Origin: a virus
Taxonomy: Duplodnaviria > Caudoviricetes
DNA length: 64,000 bases
Reading direction: 5' to 3' (one strand)
IMG/VR virus record: IMGVR_UViG_3300010340_001122
The translations under genes were made by a program, and so were the position numbers. The notes beneath the pieces are model-generated. The model did no database searches, was not told where the DNA came from, and was given only the letters and a program-made list of their open reading frames with translations. This document shows positions 30,623-41,619 of this stretch, one piece after another; position 1 is the first letter of the stretch, and every line of letters begins with the position of its first letter.

Positions 30623-31192
30623 ACTACCTGGAGATAGTTCATATTGATACTCACCATTACAACCTGGCGTTCCCCAACTACCAGCATATCCATCACTTAC
30701 CGGAGAAACTTGTAAAGATAGTGAAGATCCGGTAACCGAACCTACTGTAATATTAAAACAAAAAGTCCATGGACCCGTTGCAAAATCACCCCAATCATTA
30801 TTTGAAACCCCATCCCCATCTAAATCAAAAAAGAATCCTGGTCCAAAAGTATTACCCATGCCACCAGCGGATGATGGATTACCATTGAATGTACCCGGTA
30901 CCCATATCCATTGTCCACCACCACCATTTAAATTATTTGGCATAGTCACTGGTGTAATAGAATTAGCAACCCAACCTGGACCTATTGTAATATCAAACCC
31001 CTCACACCAATTAGTACCAATGCTCGTATTCCAATTATTATATGTAACACAATATTGAACAACAGTTCCTGGTGCATACCCACCACCAGTAGGTAGAGGA
31101 TTAACTATCGAACTTTGAGTTCCCATACAATCATTTTGTGAAAATACACTTATTGATAAAAGTGATAATAAGATTAAGATTATTTTTTTCAT
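30623..31192 (-). pseudogene. N-terminal part of SprB-like adhesin (signal peptide)
   Basis: Sec signal MKKIILILLSLLSISVFSQ; G/N/T-rich; reads into insert 2 and stops at 30416. Confidence 0.8.
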
Positions 31193-31197
31193 AATTT

Positions 31198-32130
31198 TTA
31201 TATATTGTTCATGTGCTTTTGTTTTTTTATCAAACCATCAGTCTCAGATTTTAAAAATTTTTTAACATAATCTGAATTATAGTATTTTACAATCTCAACA
31301 TAATTATCAGTAGCAAATTGTCTAAACCAACCTGAACAAAGTGTTGTGCATATTCTCATAATTGACCAATCGAATGCTTTTTTGGAAGAAATAAGTTCAC
31401 CACATCCATTTAACATCGGGATTATCTTTCTTTCGAGTGCGATAACATATGCTTCTTCTAGAACACATTTAGCTTTTTTTTCAAAAGAGAATTTATTCCA
31501 CATATCTTTTTCGCACCAAGCACTTGAAGAATCAACCTGCATATCTTCATATATTGGTCTATCGTAGTGTGACATCACCTGGTGTATATCGTCATGTATG
31601 TAGAAATATTTAACATATCCTTCAGACTGTCCGAAGAAATTCATTGTTGATTTTTTTAAAGATGGTGTTTTAAGTTCACCAACTCTTTTTTCAGTTTCTT
31701 TAAAATTTATCTTTGTAATTCGTTGTAATTTATCTTCTTTTAAGATATTTAAAAGAAAATTATAATCTTGAATATGTTTTTCAAATTTAATTGGGAAATG
31801 AATATGACTTTTCTTTAAAGAAAGTAAAATATATGGAGAAGCATATTTTACACCATTTTCTAATTTATAATCATTAAGTTTAATATACTCACTAAGTGCT
31901 TCGGAATTATCAGCATTAAGGATTTCAACATTTCTAGTGTTGAAAAATTCATTAGGGTTTTGTATATTAAAAAGTGTTGTAATATTCTCAGTATCTCTAA
32001 TACTTTCAGGATTAAGAGTATTTATAAGATATTTGATATCATCTTTTGTTCCGATGATATCAATATCTTTAACTTCTCTTTTTAAGTCTGGGAAATGATA
32101 ATTTAGTGCTTTAGATCCAACTACTAACAT
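31198..32130 (-). CDS. conserved phage protein with nucleotidyltransferase-like N-terminus
   Basis: VVGS.AL...DIDII; LKKSH, HDDIH, EEAYVIALER, GWFR. Confidence 0.7.
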   Translation of the reverse strand: MLVVGSKALNYHFPDLKREVKDIDIIGTKDDIKYLINTLNPESIRDTENITTLFNIQNPNEFFNTRNVEILNADNSEALSEYIKLNDYKLENGVKYASPYILLSLKKSHIHFPIKFEKHIQDYNFLLNILKEDKLQRITKINFKETEKRVGELKTPSLKKSTMNFFGQSEGYVKYFYIHDDIHQVMSHYDRPIYEDMQVDSSSAWCEKDMWNKFSFEKKAKCVLEEAYVIALERKIIPMLNGCGELISSKKAFDWSIMRICTTLCSGWFRQFATDNYVEIVKYYNSDYVKKFLKSETDGLIKKQKHMNNI

Positions 32131-32142
32131 AGTTTAAATTTT

Positions 32143-32376
32143 TTAGTAAGAGTATGAACTTTCATCATCATATGGATAGGAAACTAACCCGGTCTCATTA
32201 AATGATTCTCGATTTTCAGGCATAAGATTTGCATCAATTTTGATACCAAATTCATTTTTATTTAACTCTTCAATGATCTTATTAAACTCAGATCTACCAA
32301 TTGATTCGTTTGTAAAACTATCAATTGCATAATCAAGTCTATCATATAGTTCTTCTACTTTTTCAATTTTCATCAT
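32143..32376 (-). CDS. hypothetical acidic protein
   Basis: 77 aa ORF. Confidence 0.6.
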   Translation of the reverse strand: MMKIEKVEELYDRLDYAIDSFTNESIGRSEFNKIIEELNKNEFGIKIDANLMPENRESFNETGLVSYPYDDESSYSY

Positions 32377-32605
32377 TATTTAAAATTTTATTAAGTTTAC
32401 TATCTCTGATTTCTTTTGTTGATATAAATCTCGCCACGTTAAATGAGTATCCTGGATGTTCTGTCACGTAAATAACAGTCTCACCATATTCATTTCGGCA
32501 TTTATCTACTGTGTATTCTTTCCCCCTTTCAAGGTAGCTGTTACTAGCGATTATACAGGTTATTTTATCACCTGATTCATAAGTTTTATTTGATGTAATT
32601 TCCAT
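32363..32605 (-). CDS. small protein with C-terminal tag
   Basis: Similar to 132..371; IRDSKLNKIL. Confidence 0.7.
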   Translation of the reverse strand: MEITSNKTYESGDKITCIIASNSYLERGKEYTVDKCRNEYGETVIYVTEHPGYSFNVARFISTKEIRDSKLNKILNNDEN

Positions 32606-32630
32606 CTTGCAAATGTATTAATTTTTTTTT

Positions 32631-32843
32631 CTATTCAAAAATTTTTTTTATTTTGATATGTCTTTTTATTTTCATATAAAAGTTTTTATGAATTGATATT
32701 GTTGCCATGTTAAATCCTTTAGGTTTTATAAAAATAGTTTCACCGATCAATTCTTCTTTATCAATATCAATTCTTTCAAAAAATAATATATTGACCGTAT
32801 AATCTATACCACTAATTGAAATAGGTATTTTATCTTCATCCAT
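32631..32843 (-). CDS. hypothetical protein
   Basis: Ends KRHIKIKKIF. Confidence 0.6.
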   Translation of the reverse strand: MDEDKIPISISGIDYTVNILFFERIDIDKEELIGETIFIKPKGFNMATISIHKNFYMKIKRHIKIKKIFE

Positions 32844-32910
32844 ATTTTTTTAATACTTGAATGACTAAAAGTTTTCAAAAATTGAAAATGAGTTCAAAAA
32901 TATAATATAT

Positions 32911-34599
32911 ATGTTAGAAATATTACTAAACGATATGAAATGGATTAAATCTAGAAAAAAATTTATTACAGAAGAAGCCAAGATAAGAGATGTTATTACG
33001 GCTAAACAAAGAGAAGTAGTTAAATCTAAATGGGCTGAAAGATATTTGGACTATGAAGAGATTGAAGCTACTGAAAATATTAAACAAGGAAAATGGAAGT
33101 TATCAGAAGAAGATAAGAGATTAGCTTTGGGTACATTTTTTACCGCTAATATGGATAGTGTTTTTGCTGTATTTGAAAATCTTCCTGCTAAATTTATAGA
33201 GTCTCTAAATAATTCAGTCGATTTAGATCTATTAAAAGGTGATGATAAGTGGGCAAAAATACTTAATAATTTTGATATTAGTAAACCTACTATTAATCAA
33301 ATATCTGTTTTAACTGATGCTATTTTTAGAAAAATATCAGTTGGTGAAACTCAAGCATCAGAAGTTATCCTAAGAGATGATAATGGTCGTCCTATTATGG
33401 GAGAAGACAATAGACCACAAAAAGTTAGAAAAGAACCAGGTGAGATTGTTTATTCTAAGAATTTAACTAATATAAATGCTTTTGTGGAAGATTTTAATAG
33501 ATGTTTTCCAGATTCATCTGTAAATGCTGAATCATTTACAAGTGGTGATATATCAAGAGTTGTAAGTAAATCAAGAGAGGATTTTAGTGGTGAGAGATAT
33601 CAAGTAGAAGTTGATGTTTATGGTAGAGATATGTATCTTTCTATACAACACAAAGCTAAAGATATTTTAAATATGTCTATATCAAGATTTTATTCTTCTT
33701 GTCAAAATCTTTATACAGGTGGATATAGAGAAAAGGTATTAGGTAATGTTTTTGATCCTAATTCAATTCCAGCATTTTTACTTTTTGATTCTAGCATTCA
33801 CAATGAAAGAGGCGAGCTTATATCAGATACTCTTCCGTTATCACGTATGATGATTAGAAATATTGAATCATTTAGTGGAAATGATTCTCAGATTTTCTTT
33901 GACAGAGCTTATCCAGATAGAATGAAAGATGTATTTAGTAAATTAGTTGAAAAATATTCTGATAATAAAGAAAATTATAAAGATGGTAGATATCTATTTA
34001 CACCAGATTTACCAGATGAAGAAGTTGGTAATTTATCAACACCATATATGGATAGATTAGGACTAGAGATTGGTAAATATATTGGTGTTAATGCGAATAA
34101 GATTTATTTAAGTGGATCCTTTGATTGGAGTAAAACTAAAATATCACCGAAAGCTAGAATTAAAGAAGTTGTGATAGAAACAACAAGTGTTCCTAAAAAC
34201 TTTTTTGAATTGCCATTTACTCCTGAGTGGGTTAAATTTAAATTTATAACTATATTATCAGCTACTCCATTTAAAAACTTTAAAACAACATCATTAGCTT
34301 TTGATAAATGTAGATTTAATAATTCAGTTCTTTTAGAATTTAAAAATATCATACCAGATCTTAAAAAGATTCAAATTAATGCTTGTGATATCAAAGACTT
34401 AACATTATCTAAATTAGAGGGTATAGATGAATTACATTTGATATACACTTTAGACCCTTCAGATTTAGAGGTTGCTCTACAAGGAGTTAGTGTTAAAAAA
34501 CTAGTATTATCAGGAGATTTAGTTTCTGAAAATAAAGAATATATCAAATCATTAAAATCACAAGGTGTGAAGATAGAAATAGTTGGACCAGTAATATGA
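32911..34599 (+). CDS. large hypothetical protein (SSC...DRAYP domain; LRR-like C-terminus)
   Basis: 562 aa; probable start at MKWIKSRKKFITE. Confidence 0.8.
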   Translation: MLEILLNDMKWIKSRKKFITEEAKIRDVITAKQREVVKSKWAERYLDYEEIEATENIKQGKWKLSEEDKRLALGTFFTANMDSVFAVFENLPAKFIESLNNSVDLDLLKGDDKWAKILNNFDISKPTINQISVLTDAIFRKISVGETQASEVILRDDNGRPIMGEDNRPQKVRKEPGEIVYSKNLTNINAFVEDFNRCFPDSSVNAESFTSGDISRVVSKSREDFSGERYQVEVDVYGRDMYLSIQHKAKDILNMSISRFYSSCQNLYTGGYREKVLGNVFDPNSIPAFLLFDSSIHNERGELISDTLPLSRMMIRNIESFSGNDSQIFFDRAYPDRMKDVFSKLVEKYSDNKENYKDGRYLFTPDLPDEEVGNLSTPYMDRLGLEIGKYIGVNANKIYLSGSFDWSKTKISPKARIKEVVIETTSVPKNFFELPFTPEWVKFKFITILSATPFKNFKTTSLAFDKCRFNNSVLLEFKNIIPDLKKIQINACDIKDLTLSKLEGIDELHLIYTLDPSDLEVALQGVSVKKLVLSGDLVSENKEYIKSLKSQGVKIEIVGPVI

Positions 34600-36260
34600 G
34601 TAATTTAAAATATATTAAGCTTTTTGAAGCGTTTGAGTCAATTAAATTGACCAAAACATTAGGATTTATTGATAAAAGTGCTAAAGATAATTTTATATCA
34701 CAATTAAAGTCAATAGCCAACAAAATGGATTTTCCACTTTCAAAATACACTGATGATTATTTTCAATATCTACCTTTTAAAAAGGCACTTGACTTGAATC
34801 AAACTATTGAGGATCAACCGTGTGATGCTACATCAAGAGCGGAGTTTCCACAATATGCTATAGAAGGTGAGACTTGTCAAGGAGGTAGACTAAAAAGATT
34901 ATGGGGAGCTAGACCTAGAAGTGTTGTCTGTCCAGCTTGTGATGGTACTGGTATAAAGAAAAAAACGAAATTTGATATTAAATGGATAAAATTCTGGTTT
35001 AATAGAGATGGTAAATATGTTGCAATAACTGGTACAGATGGTAGAGTAAGAGATCAAATTTTGGATAGATCAGGATTTAATTTACCTGATGTATCTGGTA
35101 TAAGAGAAACATCACAGGATATTAATGATTATAAGACTGTTACTGAGGTAAGAAGTCCATCAGAGATATCAAAATTTCCAAGTGGTACTTTTATAAAAAT
35201 AAATATTGAGCGTACCGAACTAATTGGTAGAATTTGGAATGACAGAAGTGGTTCTTATGTTATTCAGAATACTAATGATGGTGGAGATTCGAATGAAACC
35301 AATGATTGGCGAATGTATGGTAGATACTCGTGGAGTGTAGGCGGAGGTGATTATAGAGGAACTCCAGTTATTCTTATTCCAAAAGGTGTAGAGTTTTCAA
35401 AAGATGATGAGCAAGTTGACCCATATACTTGGAACGCAACAATTGATCTTAGAAGATTTGTTCTTGATAGTGATCGAAACATGAAGATAAAATTATCTGA
35501 TGCTCATTTTGCAATAGTATTGGATTATCTTGAATTGAAGAAGTCAGGATTTAAAACTAAACAACAAATATCTACTGAAAGAGGTGAGCAAAAATCAGGA
35601 GCAACTGCTTTCATCAGTGATGAAGAAGTAAGAAAAGCTAATATTAGCAGATATATTGAAACTATTACGAAAAATATTTCATTATCTTCAGATTTTTCCA
35701 ATATGAGTAGTATGGTATTTAGATTTTTCGGATTTGGTAATTTTGGATATTATGTACTAAGAGGAAGACATTTTAGTGATTTCAATTCACTATTGACCTA
35801 TATATATAGATTCTTAAAAGAGACTGATGAGTCAGATAAAAAGGACTATTATGATTCAATAGTTAGTTATATAAAAAGAAAATCTGAAGTAAATACAGAA
35901 TTTAATATAAATGTTGATAAAGTGATTAAAGATTTTTATAGTAAATCATCACCAAGTGATAAAAAATTAGAGATGATGAAAAAGATTGAAGAATTAAATC
36001 GAATTATTTATAATAAATTTAAGTCTTCTAAAATTGAATGTCTTGAAGATTTAGAAGTTTTTTATCAAAAAATTGAGAGTATAAGAAATATTTGGAAAAA
36101 TTCTGATAGATTTGATAAATCTAAAAAAATCTACTATGCAATTGAACAACTAAGTGATGATTATAGATTCAGTAGATATATGAATGATGTAAATGATAGA
36201 GATGTTGATTCTATATTAGAGGAATTGGATAGGTTTATTAAAGTTATTGAACGAATATAA
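34596..36260 (+). CDS. large hypothetical protein with LKYIKLFEAFE tag
   Basis: 554 aa; one CPACDGTG motif. Confidence 0.8.
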   Translation: MSNLKYIKLFEAFESIKLTKTLGFIDKSAKDNFISQLKSIANKMDFPLSKYTDDYFQYLPFKKALDLNQTIEDQPCDATSRAEFPQYAIEGETCQGGRLKRLWGARPRSVVCPACDGTGIKKKTKFDIKWIKFWFNRDGKYVAITGTDGRVRDQILDRSGFNLPDVSGIRETSQDINDYKTVTEVRSPSEISKFPSGTFIKINIERTELIGRIWNDRSGSYVIQNTNDGGDSNETNDWRMYGRYSWSVGGGDYRGTPVILIPKGVEFSKDDEQVDPYTWNATIDLRRFVLDSDRNMKIKLSDAHFAIVLDYLELKKSGFKTKQQISTERGEQKSGATAFISDEEVRKANISRYIETITKNISLSSDFSNMSSMVFRFFGFGNFGYYVLRGRHFSDFNSLLTYIYRFLKETDESDKKDYYDSIVSYIKRKSEVNTEFNINVDKVIKDFYSKSSPSDKKLEMMKKIEELNRIIYNKFKSSKIECLEDLEVFYQKIESIRNIWKNSDRFDKSKKIYYAIEQLSDDYRFSRYMNDVNDRDVDSILEELDRFIKVIERI

Positions 36261-36335
36261 TAAATGATTACTAAAACAACATGGTATTTTACCATATAAT
36301 TTGTATAGTTAAATTATTTACATTATATTAGTAAT

Positions 36336-36851
36336 ATGATAGATCCGAAACAATTTGGAAATTCTGAAAAAGATCCAGTTTATGGATATTTGGAAAATCC
36401 TCGTGAACTTATTTTTATTGACATGGATGGAGTCTTAGCAGACGCTGAAGCTAAGATGGAATACTGGAGTCAAAAACTTGGAATGACAACAACTGAACTC
36501 TTTAAAAAGAAGTTGTATCATATGCCTGGTTTCTATGCTGACCTACCACCAATGCCAGGTGCCCCAGAAGCTTTTGAGAAACTTTGTGAAAAATATGAAG
36601 TTTATATTTTAACCGCACCAAGTTGGGAAAATCCATCTTGTTATACTGATAAACGATTATGGGTAGAAAAATATCTTGGTCAATCTGCTTATAAAAGATT
36701 GATTATATCAAATGATAAGTCACTTTTCTCAGGAAAAGCTCTAATAGATGATAGAACAAAGTATGGTGTTACTAAATTTGGTGGTGAACATATACATTTT
36801 GGAAGTGAATCTTTTCCAAATTGGGAATCAGTATTGAAATATCTAATCTAA
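36336..36851 (+). CDS. 5'(3')-deoxyribonucleotidase (NT5C, HAD family)
   Basis: IDMDGVLAD, ILTAPSW, K..WV, LIDD. Confidence 0.88.
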   Translation: MIDPKQFGNSEKDPVYGYLENPRELIFIDMDGVLADAEAKMEYWSQKLGMTTTELFKKKLYHMPGFYADLPPMPGAPEAFEKLCEKYEVYILTAPSWENPSCYTDKRLWVEKYLGQSAYKRLIISNDKSLFSGKALIDDRTKYGVTKFGGEHIHFGSESFPNWESVLKYLI

Positions 36852-36952
36852 TGAATAAACTAATAAAGTTTTTCGAAATTAAGTTTGGTTGGTTTTTCAT
36901 CAACGGTAATAAACAAGATGCCTGGGAAAGGTACTTGAAAAATAAATATAAA

Positions 36953-37159
36953 CTACCTTAATATTTTTGGTGTTCCGATCAACGAACTATCTGATAAAGG
37001 ATACCACCTAAAGTGTGTAGTGTCTACATACATTAGACGTTCTCTTCTCTCCACCCTTTCATTTCTTCTAATATTTCTCTGCATCTTTCTATATTCTTTT
37101 GGTATATGTGGTTTACTACAAGAAAAAAATATTAAAATAAAAATTGAAAGATATCTCAT
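36953..37159 (-). CDS. small putative lipoprotein
   Basis: MRYLSIFILIFFSC lipobox-like. Confidence 0.5.
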   Translation of the reverse strand: MRYLSIFILIFFSCSKPHIPKEYRKMQRNIRRNERVERRERLMYVDTTHFRWYPLSDSSLIGTPKILR

Positions 37160-37178
37160 AATGTTATATATTTGTTTT

Positions 37179-37682
37179 ATGAAAAACATTTTTATCCTTC
37201 TTTGTCTGATTGTTTCAATCTCTTCTTGTAAAACTCGTGAAATCATGAGTAAAGGACTTATCAGTGAATATAATCTAACTGACGAAATACTTCTAAATAC
37301 TGAGGTCTATGTGACTGATCCTATTCGATTAGTGTTTGATACTACTATTCAGACTCCAGACAATAGAAAGGGGTTTATATCAGTTGAACAAAATCAAATT
37401 GTTGAGAAAGTTAATGTTAGAGTACAATCTAAAGGAATAATTACAAGTATTGATTATTTTGGTAAAAACTTAGTAGTTGGAGTTCTTTTTGAAAGAAAGG
37501 CAGAACCTATTTATTTTTCTATGAGTAAAAGAGGAGTTCTTGAATTAGTTGTTATTAAAAATAAAGTTAGATATAATGATCACAACTATGATTTAGTTTC
37601 TAATGAAATTCCTTACCTAGAAGTTATTGTTAAAAAGAATAAAAGACTAAATAAGTCTAAAGTTGTTATGACTGGTTATTGA
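37179..37682 (+). CDS. putative lipoprotein
   Basis: MKNIFILLCLIVSISSC; TATATTTG directly upstream. Confidence 0.7.
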   Translation: MKNIFILLCLIVSISSCKTREIMSKGLISEYNLTDEILLNTEVYVTDPIRLVFDTTIQTPDNRKGFISVEQNQIVEKVNVRVQSKGIITSIDYFGKNLVVGVLFERKAEPIYFSMSKRGVLELVVIKNKVRYNDHNYDLVSNEIPYLEVIVKKNKRLNKSKVVMTGY

Positions 37683-38490
37683 TATAATCAATCATTTTTT
37701 CAATTAGTATATCTGCCTTATTAAAGAATTCAGAATTTCTGTCCATATCTAGATTAGCTTGGTAATAATCGATTCCTTCATTTATATAGAAGGATTCAAC
37801 TAAATCATCTGGTGCATTTATTCCAGAGTATCTACATTGATAGACAAGCGGCATAACCGCATTTCTAACATCCCAATTAGTATCACCAGTATCTGGTTGA
37901 TTACCATCATAATCATTAGCACCATTATCACCGTGTGCGTAAAATCCTACCCATTTACCTTCAAGATGGTTTTTAAGCATATCTTTATATTGACCACTTA
38001 GTTCGGCCTCTCCAGTCAAATCAGAGTTTTTGATATTTTTTTTCCCAAAAATTTGAACAGCTTGTTCTTTAGTGATTGTTTGATTAGCACAAACTAATCT
38101 ATCAAACATTGCCTTTACCTGTGTTGAAACCGAATACCAATGTATTGGAGTTATGATTATAAAACCATCACAAGATTCCAACTTATCATAGATATCAGCA
38201 TCATACATTAAATCGGGTAGTTTCTGTGAGTTCTTTGAATAACACGAACATTTCCAATGACAATGCATTCCGTTCGCGGTTGAGATACAACCTTTACAAG
38301 GTTGTATATTTACTTGACCGACACTTAAATCTATTATTTCTAGATTTGCAAAAGGTATCCATCTATCTATAAGATATTCAGCAACTTTTTGACTTTTGGG
38401 TATTTGATTGGCACAACTATTTTCTTTTCTTGGAGATCCCTGAAATATTAAAATATTTGGTTTACTATCTGAAATTTTTCTGATTATCAT
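37666..38490 (-). CDS. flavodoxin-fold iron-sulfur flavoprotein / FMN reductase-like
   Basis: GSPR, PCKGC...CHWKCSC, TPIHWY, KAMFDRL. Confidence 0.8.
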   Translation of the reverse strand: MIIRKISDSKPNILIFQGSPRKENSCANQIPKSQKVAEYLIDRWIPFANLEIIDLSVGQVNIQPCKGCISTANGMHCHWKCSCYSKNSQKLPDLMYDADIYDKLESCDGFIIITPIHWYSVSTQVKAMFDRLVCANQTITKEQAVQIFGKKNIKNSDLTGEAELSGQYKDMLKNHLEGKWVGFYAHGDNGANDYDGNQPDTGDTNWDVRNAVMPLVYQCRYSGINAPDDLVESFYINEGIDYYQANLDMDRNSEFFNKADILIEKMIDYINNQS

Positions 38491-38506
38491 ATATTATATA
38501 TTAAAA

Positions 38507-39496
38507 TCATTCTGTATATATTGGACCTGTACTAATATTATTAGTTAAGTTTAATTGAATTGTATCTTTAATTAATATTCCACAATTTTCTACTACTGCT
38601 ATATATTGTGTTGTTGTTTGATCACAAACATTTATAATTGGTGAGCTACTAATAAAATTACCATTAATATCAGTCCATCTGAAAGAACTTGATATTGAAC
38701 CACTTGGTGAAAATCTCCAAGCCTCTGGTGTGTTTAATATAGTCCAATTTCCGGTATTTCTACCAGGAGGAGCATATCCTATTGTTCCTAAATCATTTTG
38801 TATACCAAGACAAGCTCTACCACCGTTCCAAGATCCACATGTTTGTTTTCTTTCTACATGTATCTCAATTATATTTGTTAATTCATATAATATAATCTGA
38901 AATTTAGATCGATTCAAGATACAATTATAATGTGGTATATTATTATACGATATTACAAATTTTCTACAAGGATAAGTTCCAGATAAACCATATCGAACTT
39001 CACCACAATTTGGTTGACAAGGTTCAGTAGGATCTGATGCTGCTGATGGATCTATATCATGATATAATCCAATCATAGGTCTTGGAAATCCCGGAGCTGG
39101 AGTTGCCCAATTTGTAGGTATTGGGTTAGTAAATGGCCATGGACAATATAAACCACTATAAGATAAATTGAAAGATATAACACCATTTGTTCCCAAAACA
39201 AACTGATTATATTGTTGTCCAAAAAAACAAAAGGTAAAGGGTAAATTTATAATACCGGACCATCTATCATCAATTGGTATAGTATATAGAATTCCTGATG
39301 TATATGAGAGTGGATTATATGGGATTGATGTTATATTATAAGAAGTAGTCTCATTGAATATAGAATAGTTTGCTATTAAATTTCTACATGTATCTGTACA
39401 TGATAAGTTTTGATCAGATCCAGCATTTAGAAAAGCACATTGTGTATAACTTATTTTAACTGAAAATAACAATATAACTAAAAATAAATACTTCAT
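38507..39496 (-). CDS. secreted protein resembling the N-terminal region of Bacteroidota T9SS cargo
   Basis: Signal peptide; DDRWS..INLPF.FCFFG, FQIILYE. Confidence 0.7.
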   Translation of the reverse strand: MKYLFLVILLFSVKISYTQCAFLNAGSDQNLSCTDTCRNLIANYSIFNETTSYNITSIPYNPLSYTSGILYTIPIDDRWSGIINLPFTFCFFGQQYNQFVLGTNGVISFNLSYSGLYCPWPFTNPIPTNWATPAPGFPRPMIGLYHDIDPSAASDPTEPCQPNCGEVRYGLSGTYPCRKFVISYNNIPHYNCILNRSKFQIILYELTNIIEIHVERKQTCGSWNGGRACLGIQNDLGTIGYAPPGRNTGNWTILNTPEAWRFSPSGSISSSFRWTDINGNFISSSPIINVCDQTTTQYIAVVENCGILIKDTIQLNLTNNISTGPIYTE

Positions 39497-39573
39497 TTTA
39501 ATTATATCAACATATATTTTTAAGTTTTCAACTTTATATTATAATTTTTCTATAAAATAAAAAATAATATAAT

Positions 39574-40275
39574 ATGCCAAAAGCTTTAGTAGTAAACAAA
39601 GAGAATATAGTTCCAAAGGAAACTTATTATCTACTTATAGTAGATGCATCATCATCTATGAATCCTTTAACAAAATCTACAATTAGTGGAGTAAATGAAC
39701 AAATAGATTCTATTAAACAACTTGAAAAAGAATTCCCAGATCAAAAATATAATATGTCATTTATGCATTTTAATAATACAGTAACTATTGAATATACAGA
39801 TCGTCAATCGAGTGCGTTAGAACATATCTCAGAAACCAATTATAAGTGTTCTGGAATGACTGCTCTATTAGATGCTATTGGAGTAGGAGTTCGTGATTTA
39901 AATGAGAAAATAGGTGATAAGATTGCGTCTGGTGAGGCAGCAGCAGTTGTTGTTATAGTAACAGATGGTGAAGAAAATGCATCAAGAGAATTTGATGGAT
40001 CAAAAGTGAAATCAATGATTGAAGAATTACAAGCAACAAATCGATGGACATTCACATTTGTTGGTGCTAATATTGACTCAATATCAACTGCATCAAGATA
40101 TGGAATTAATGTTAAAAATGTCATGCAATTCTCTGGTGATGAACTTTCAAATAAAAAAGTATATGCGTCAATGGCAAAATCATTTAAGTCAAGAGCAGTA
40201 TCGATGGATTCGGGTGTATCATATCAATCTGATACATTCTTAGCTGATGAAGATAAAGATGTAACAAGTAAATAA
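39574..40275 (+). CDS. von Willebrand factor A domain protein
   Basis: DASSSM MIDAS, TALLDAIG, TDGEENAS, FVGAN. Confidence 0.88.
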   Translation: MPKALVVNKENIVPKETYYLLIVDASSSMNPLTKSTISGVNEQIDSIKQLEKEFPDQKYNMSFMHFNNTVTIEYTDRQSSALEHISETNYKCSGMTALLDAIGVGVRDLNEKIGDKIASGEAAAVVVIVTDGEENASREFDGSKVKSMIEELQATNRWTFTFVGANIDSISTASRYGINVKNVMQFSGDELSNKKVYASMAKSFKSRAVSMDSGVSYQSDTFLADEDKDVTSK

Positions 40276-40279
40276 TTAT

Positions 40280-40306
40280 AAAACCCACTCAAATGAGTGG
40301 GTTTTA
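40280..40306. terminator. bidirectional terminator
   Basis: AAAACCCACTCA-AA-TGAGTGGGTTTT. Confidence 0.75.
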
Positions 40307-40600
40307 TTTTTTAAATACTGTTGGTAAAATATCAATATTATATTTTTTAGCAACTGTAATCACAAGTGGGAGTAATAAAGATGATCCAGGTATAACTGTA
40401 AATGGAATTCCTATTCCTAAAATTTTAATGAAATCTATCATTTGATATCTAAATTTTTCTTTATCTTCTTTAGATATTTTTTCACCCATAGCATATCTTT
40501 TTAAGATAATTGCTGCCTCAGATTTTTCATAACCTTGTAGTTTTATCCTTTTAAGAAAGTCAACTATTGCTAGGTTTAATTTAGTAAGTTCTTTTTTCAT
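40304..40600 (-). CDS. hypothetical membrane protein (LETM1-like pattern)
   Basis: IPG..LLLP...LPT.F. Confidence 0.55.
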   Translation of the reverse strand: MKKELTKLNLAIVDFLKRIKLQGYEKSEAAIILKRYAMGEKISKEDKEKFRYQMIDFIKILGIGIPFTVIPGSSLLLPLVITVAKKYNIDILPTVFKK

Positions 40601-41382
40601 CAGATAGATGCTAAAAACATTTTACTTTCCTTTTCTCTTCTTAGTGCTAATCCTGGAAATTTCTTACTAATTTTAAATTTTTTAATACTATTACCAGTTG
40701 CTGAATAGTCACCTTTTTTAAGATGCTTAACAACTTCTGATCTTCTTAATCCACCAACACCTGCGTTAAATGCGATTGAAACCAAAGCATCAAACATACT
40801 TTGTGTTATTGGAACAACAACATCATCATCTTTTTCCCAGTCTTTAAACATTCTTCTAACACCGTCTGCTGCCTCTTTTAAATCTTCTTTAAGAAAAGCA
40901 TCAGCTTGTTCTGGTGTTATTTTTTGACCTACTCTAATTTCTGATCTAGCAATTTTTTCAGCGTGTCCATATCCAACAGTAATCATGCCATCACCGATTT
41001 TATAAGCTTTTAATTTACACTTTTCTTCTTTCTTAATATGATTCCAACCATCTTTAGATAACTTCCATTCATATCCTTTTTTATATTTTTCTTGTTTATC
41101 TTCGCATAATTCTGTTGCTATTTGCTTGGTTTCATTATCAGCTGAAGATGAGTTAATAATTTGAACAACATTAGTAACAGTATTAAATAATAAAAGAGAT
41201 CCAATTGCGTATTTTATTATTTTTCTTTTAGCTTCTTTAGATAAACCTTTTATTTTTCTAAGTGTATTATCCCAAATTGACTTTATATCCGCTGATTCAT
41301 TAATAGAATAGTCAATATACTCGATTATTTGATTAACTATTAGTTCTTCATTATAACTCTTAAAAGACGAAATGTGTTTCAT
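40600..41382 (-). CDS. GH24-family lysozyme with N-terminal extension
   Basis: E..KLKAY...TVGYGH, FDALVSIAFNAG, GL..RR.KE. Confidence 0.85.
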   Translation of the reverse strand: MKHISSFKSYNEELIVNQIIEYIDYSINESADIKSIWDNTLRKIKGLSKEAKRKIIKYAIGSLLLFNTVTNVVQIINSSSADNETKQIATELCEDKQEKYKKGYEWKLSKDGWNHIKKEEKCKLKAYKIGDGMITVGYGHAEKIARSEIRVGQKITPEQADAFLKEDLKEAADGVRRMFKDWEKDDDVVVPITQSMFDALVSIAFNAGVGGLRRSEVVKHLKKGDYSATGNSIKKFKISKKFPGLALRREKESKMFLASI

Positions 41383-41427
41383 ATTTGTATATATAAAATA
41401 AAAGATTTTATTTTTAATATATAACTT

Positions 41428-41619
41428 ATGAAAAATATCAAAACATATTTAGAATTTAAAGAACCTACTGTTGAGTGGGAACAATTAGCAAAAGATTTTC
41501 GTGAAGATAAAACTTATGATGAAAAAACATCTTTAGCTGCTAATCCATTTGATGCAAAAGATATTAAAGAAATTCAACCAGCCAATATGGTTATTAAAGA
41601 TAAGAAGAAAGAAGATTAA
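41428..41619 (+). CDS. small protein with MKNIKTYLEFKE tag
   Basis: TAATATATA upstream. Confidence 0.65.
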   Translation: MKNIKTYLEFKEPTVEWEQLAKDFREDKTYDEKTSLAANPFDAKDIKEIQPANMVIKDKKKED

